Positions 63,414 to 64,000 of a stretch of DNA of 64,000 bases are shown one piece after another. Origin of the DNA: Perkinsus olseni (Eukaryota). The notes under the pieces are model-generated. The model ran no database searches, had not been told where the DNA came from, and worked only from the letters and a program-made list of their open reading frames with translations. Within the stretch, counting starts at the first letter, position 1, and the number at the start of each line of letters is the position of its first letter. The DNA is taken from contig JABANN010000086.1 of NCBI GenBank assembly GCA_013115125.1, forward strand, positions 1-64,000, read 5' to 3'. Made by a program: the position numbers and the translations under genes.

Positions 63414-64000
63414 TTATCGCAAACAGTACATCTTCACCGGAAAGAGATCCTGAAAGGATTCGTTCGCTGTTCGTTACATTCCCTCGGCACCCTTCCTACA
63501 TTGGGCCAGTGAGGTTGAAGCATCTCCAACACTAGATGCAGCCCTGCTCGTGCAAACAACGTCTTGTACTGGGAGTCCGTACGAGTGATGGAGTTGTCAT
63601 CCTTGTCCACCACGAACTTGCCCTCGATCACAACATTCTCCTTAACGACTATTACGCCGTCCTGAAAGCATATCATGGGTAACAGTGCGGTGCTAACAAC
63701 AGACGAAACCATTCTTCAGCCCAGCAGGACGATCGGCAGGGACGACTCCCGCTACTCGATTACGAGATAGAACTACTCTCCCCACCTTCGGTGCCAAAGC
63801 AGCCTTGCATCGCTTGAGATAGGCCACCAGGTCCTCATCAGTCAGGTACCTAAATAATGGCGATATCGCTGAAGTCCGAGGGTCCCTCGTGAATTACAGA
63901 AGACACCATTGGTTCCATATCACATCATAACGCCCGAGCTCGGGGTTGAAGTCCTGTACGCCCATCTGCAGGAACCTGTGGGTGGGAGGGTCACCGTACT
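63414..64000 (-). CDS. NTMT1: Alpha-N-terminal protein methyltransferase 1 (3' part; gene runs off the window)
   Basis: LQDFNPELGRYDVIWNQWCLL|YLTDEDLVAYLKRCK, VVKENV...DKDDNSITRTD, |DLFPVKMYCLR*. Confidence 0.9.

Overview
Eukaryotic, gene-dense (~54% GC by eye) DNA with very many short (~40-60 nt) GT-AG introns, so most entries in the ORF track are exon fragments or shadow ORFs. Gene content and architecture point to an alveolate of the Perkinsus type (inference, not proven). Genes were assembled by hand across introns. They include two tandem tRNA-Thr(AGT) genes, a triosephosphate isomerase with a bipartite plastid-type leader, a GT11/fucosyltransferase-like gene, a Pro/Gln-rich gene and two small Val/Glu/Asp-rich modular genes. 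Next come an Atg13-like HORMA protein, an INTS11/CPSF3-like beta-CASP nuclease, a DBP2/DDX5 helicase with a mitochondrial-type presequence, a RING-H2/ZZ E3 ligase and an anoctamin. Further along are a POT/PTR2 transporter, an F-box/TPR protein, a questin-oxidase-family protein, a possible Med8, a single-domain voltage-gated cation channel with EF-hands, a catalytically altered pepsin-like protease and the 3' part of NTMT1. An accessory region (~22.6-39 kb, partly duplicated at ~57-60.5 kb) holds six copies or fragments of an unrecognised, probably secreted gene family. That family has two intron subtypes and a conserved intronic double hairpin. The same region carries nested MITE-like elements and a short dispersed (CA)n-ended repeat, one copy of which has an apparent target-site duplication. 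No CRISPR array or rRNA was seen. Exon boundaries and counts are manual and need RNA-seq or HMM confirmation.
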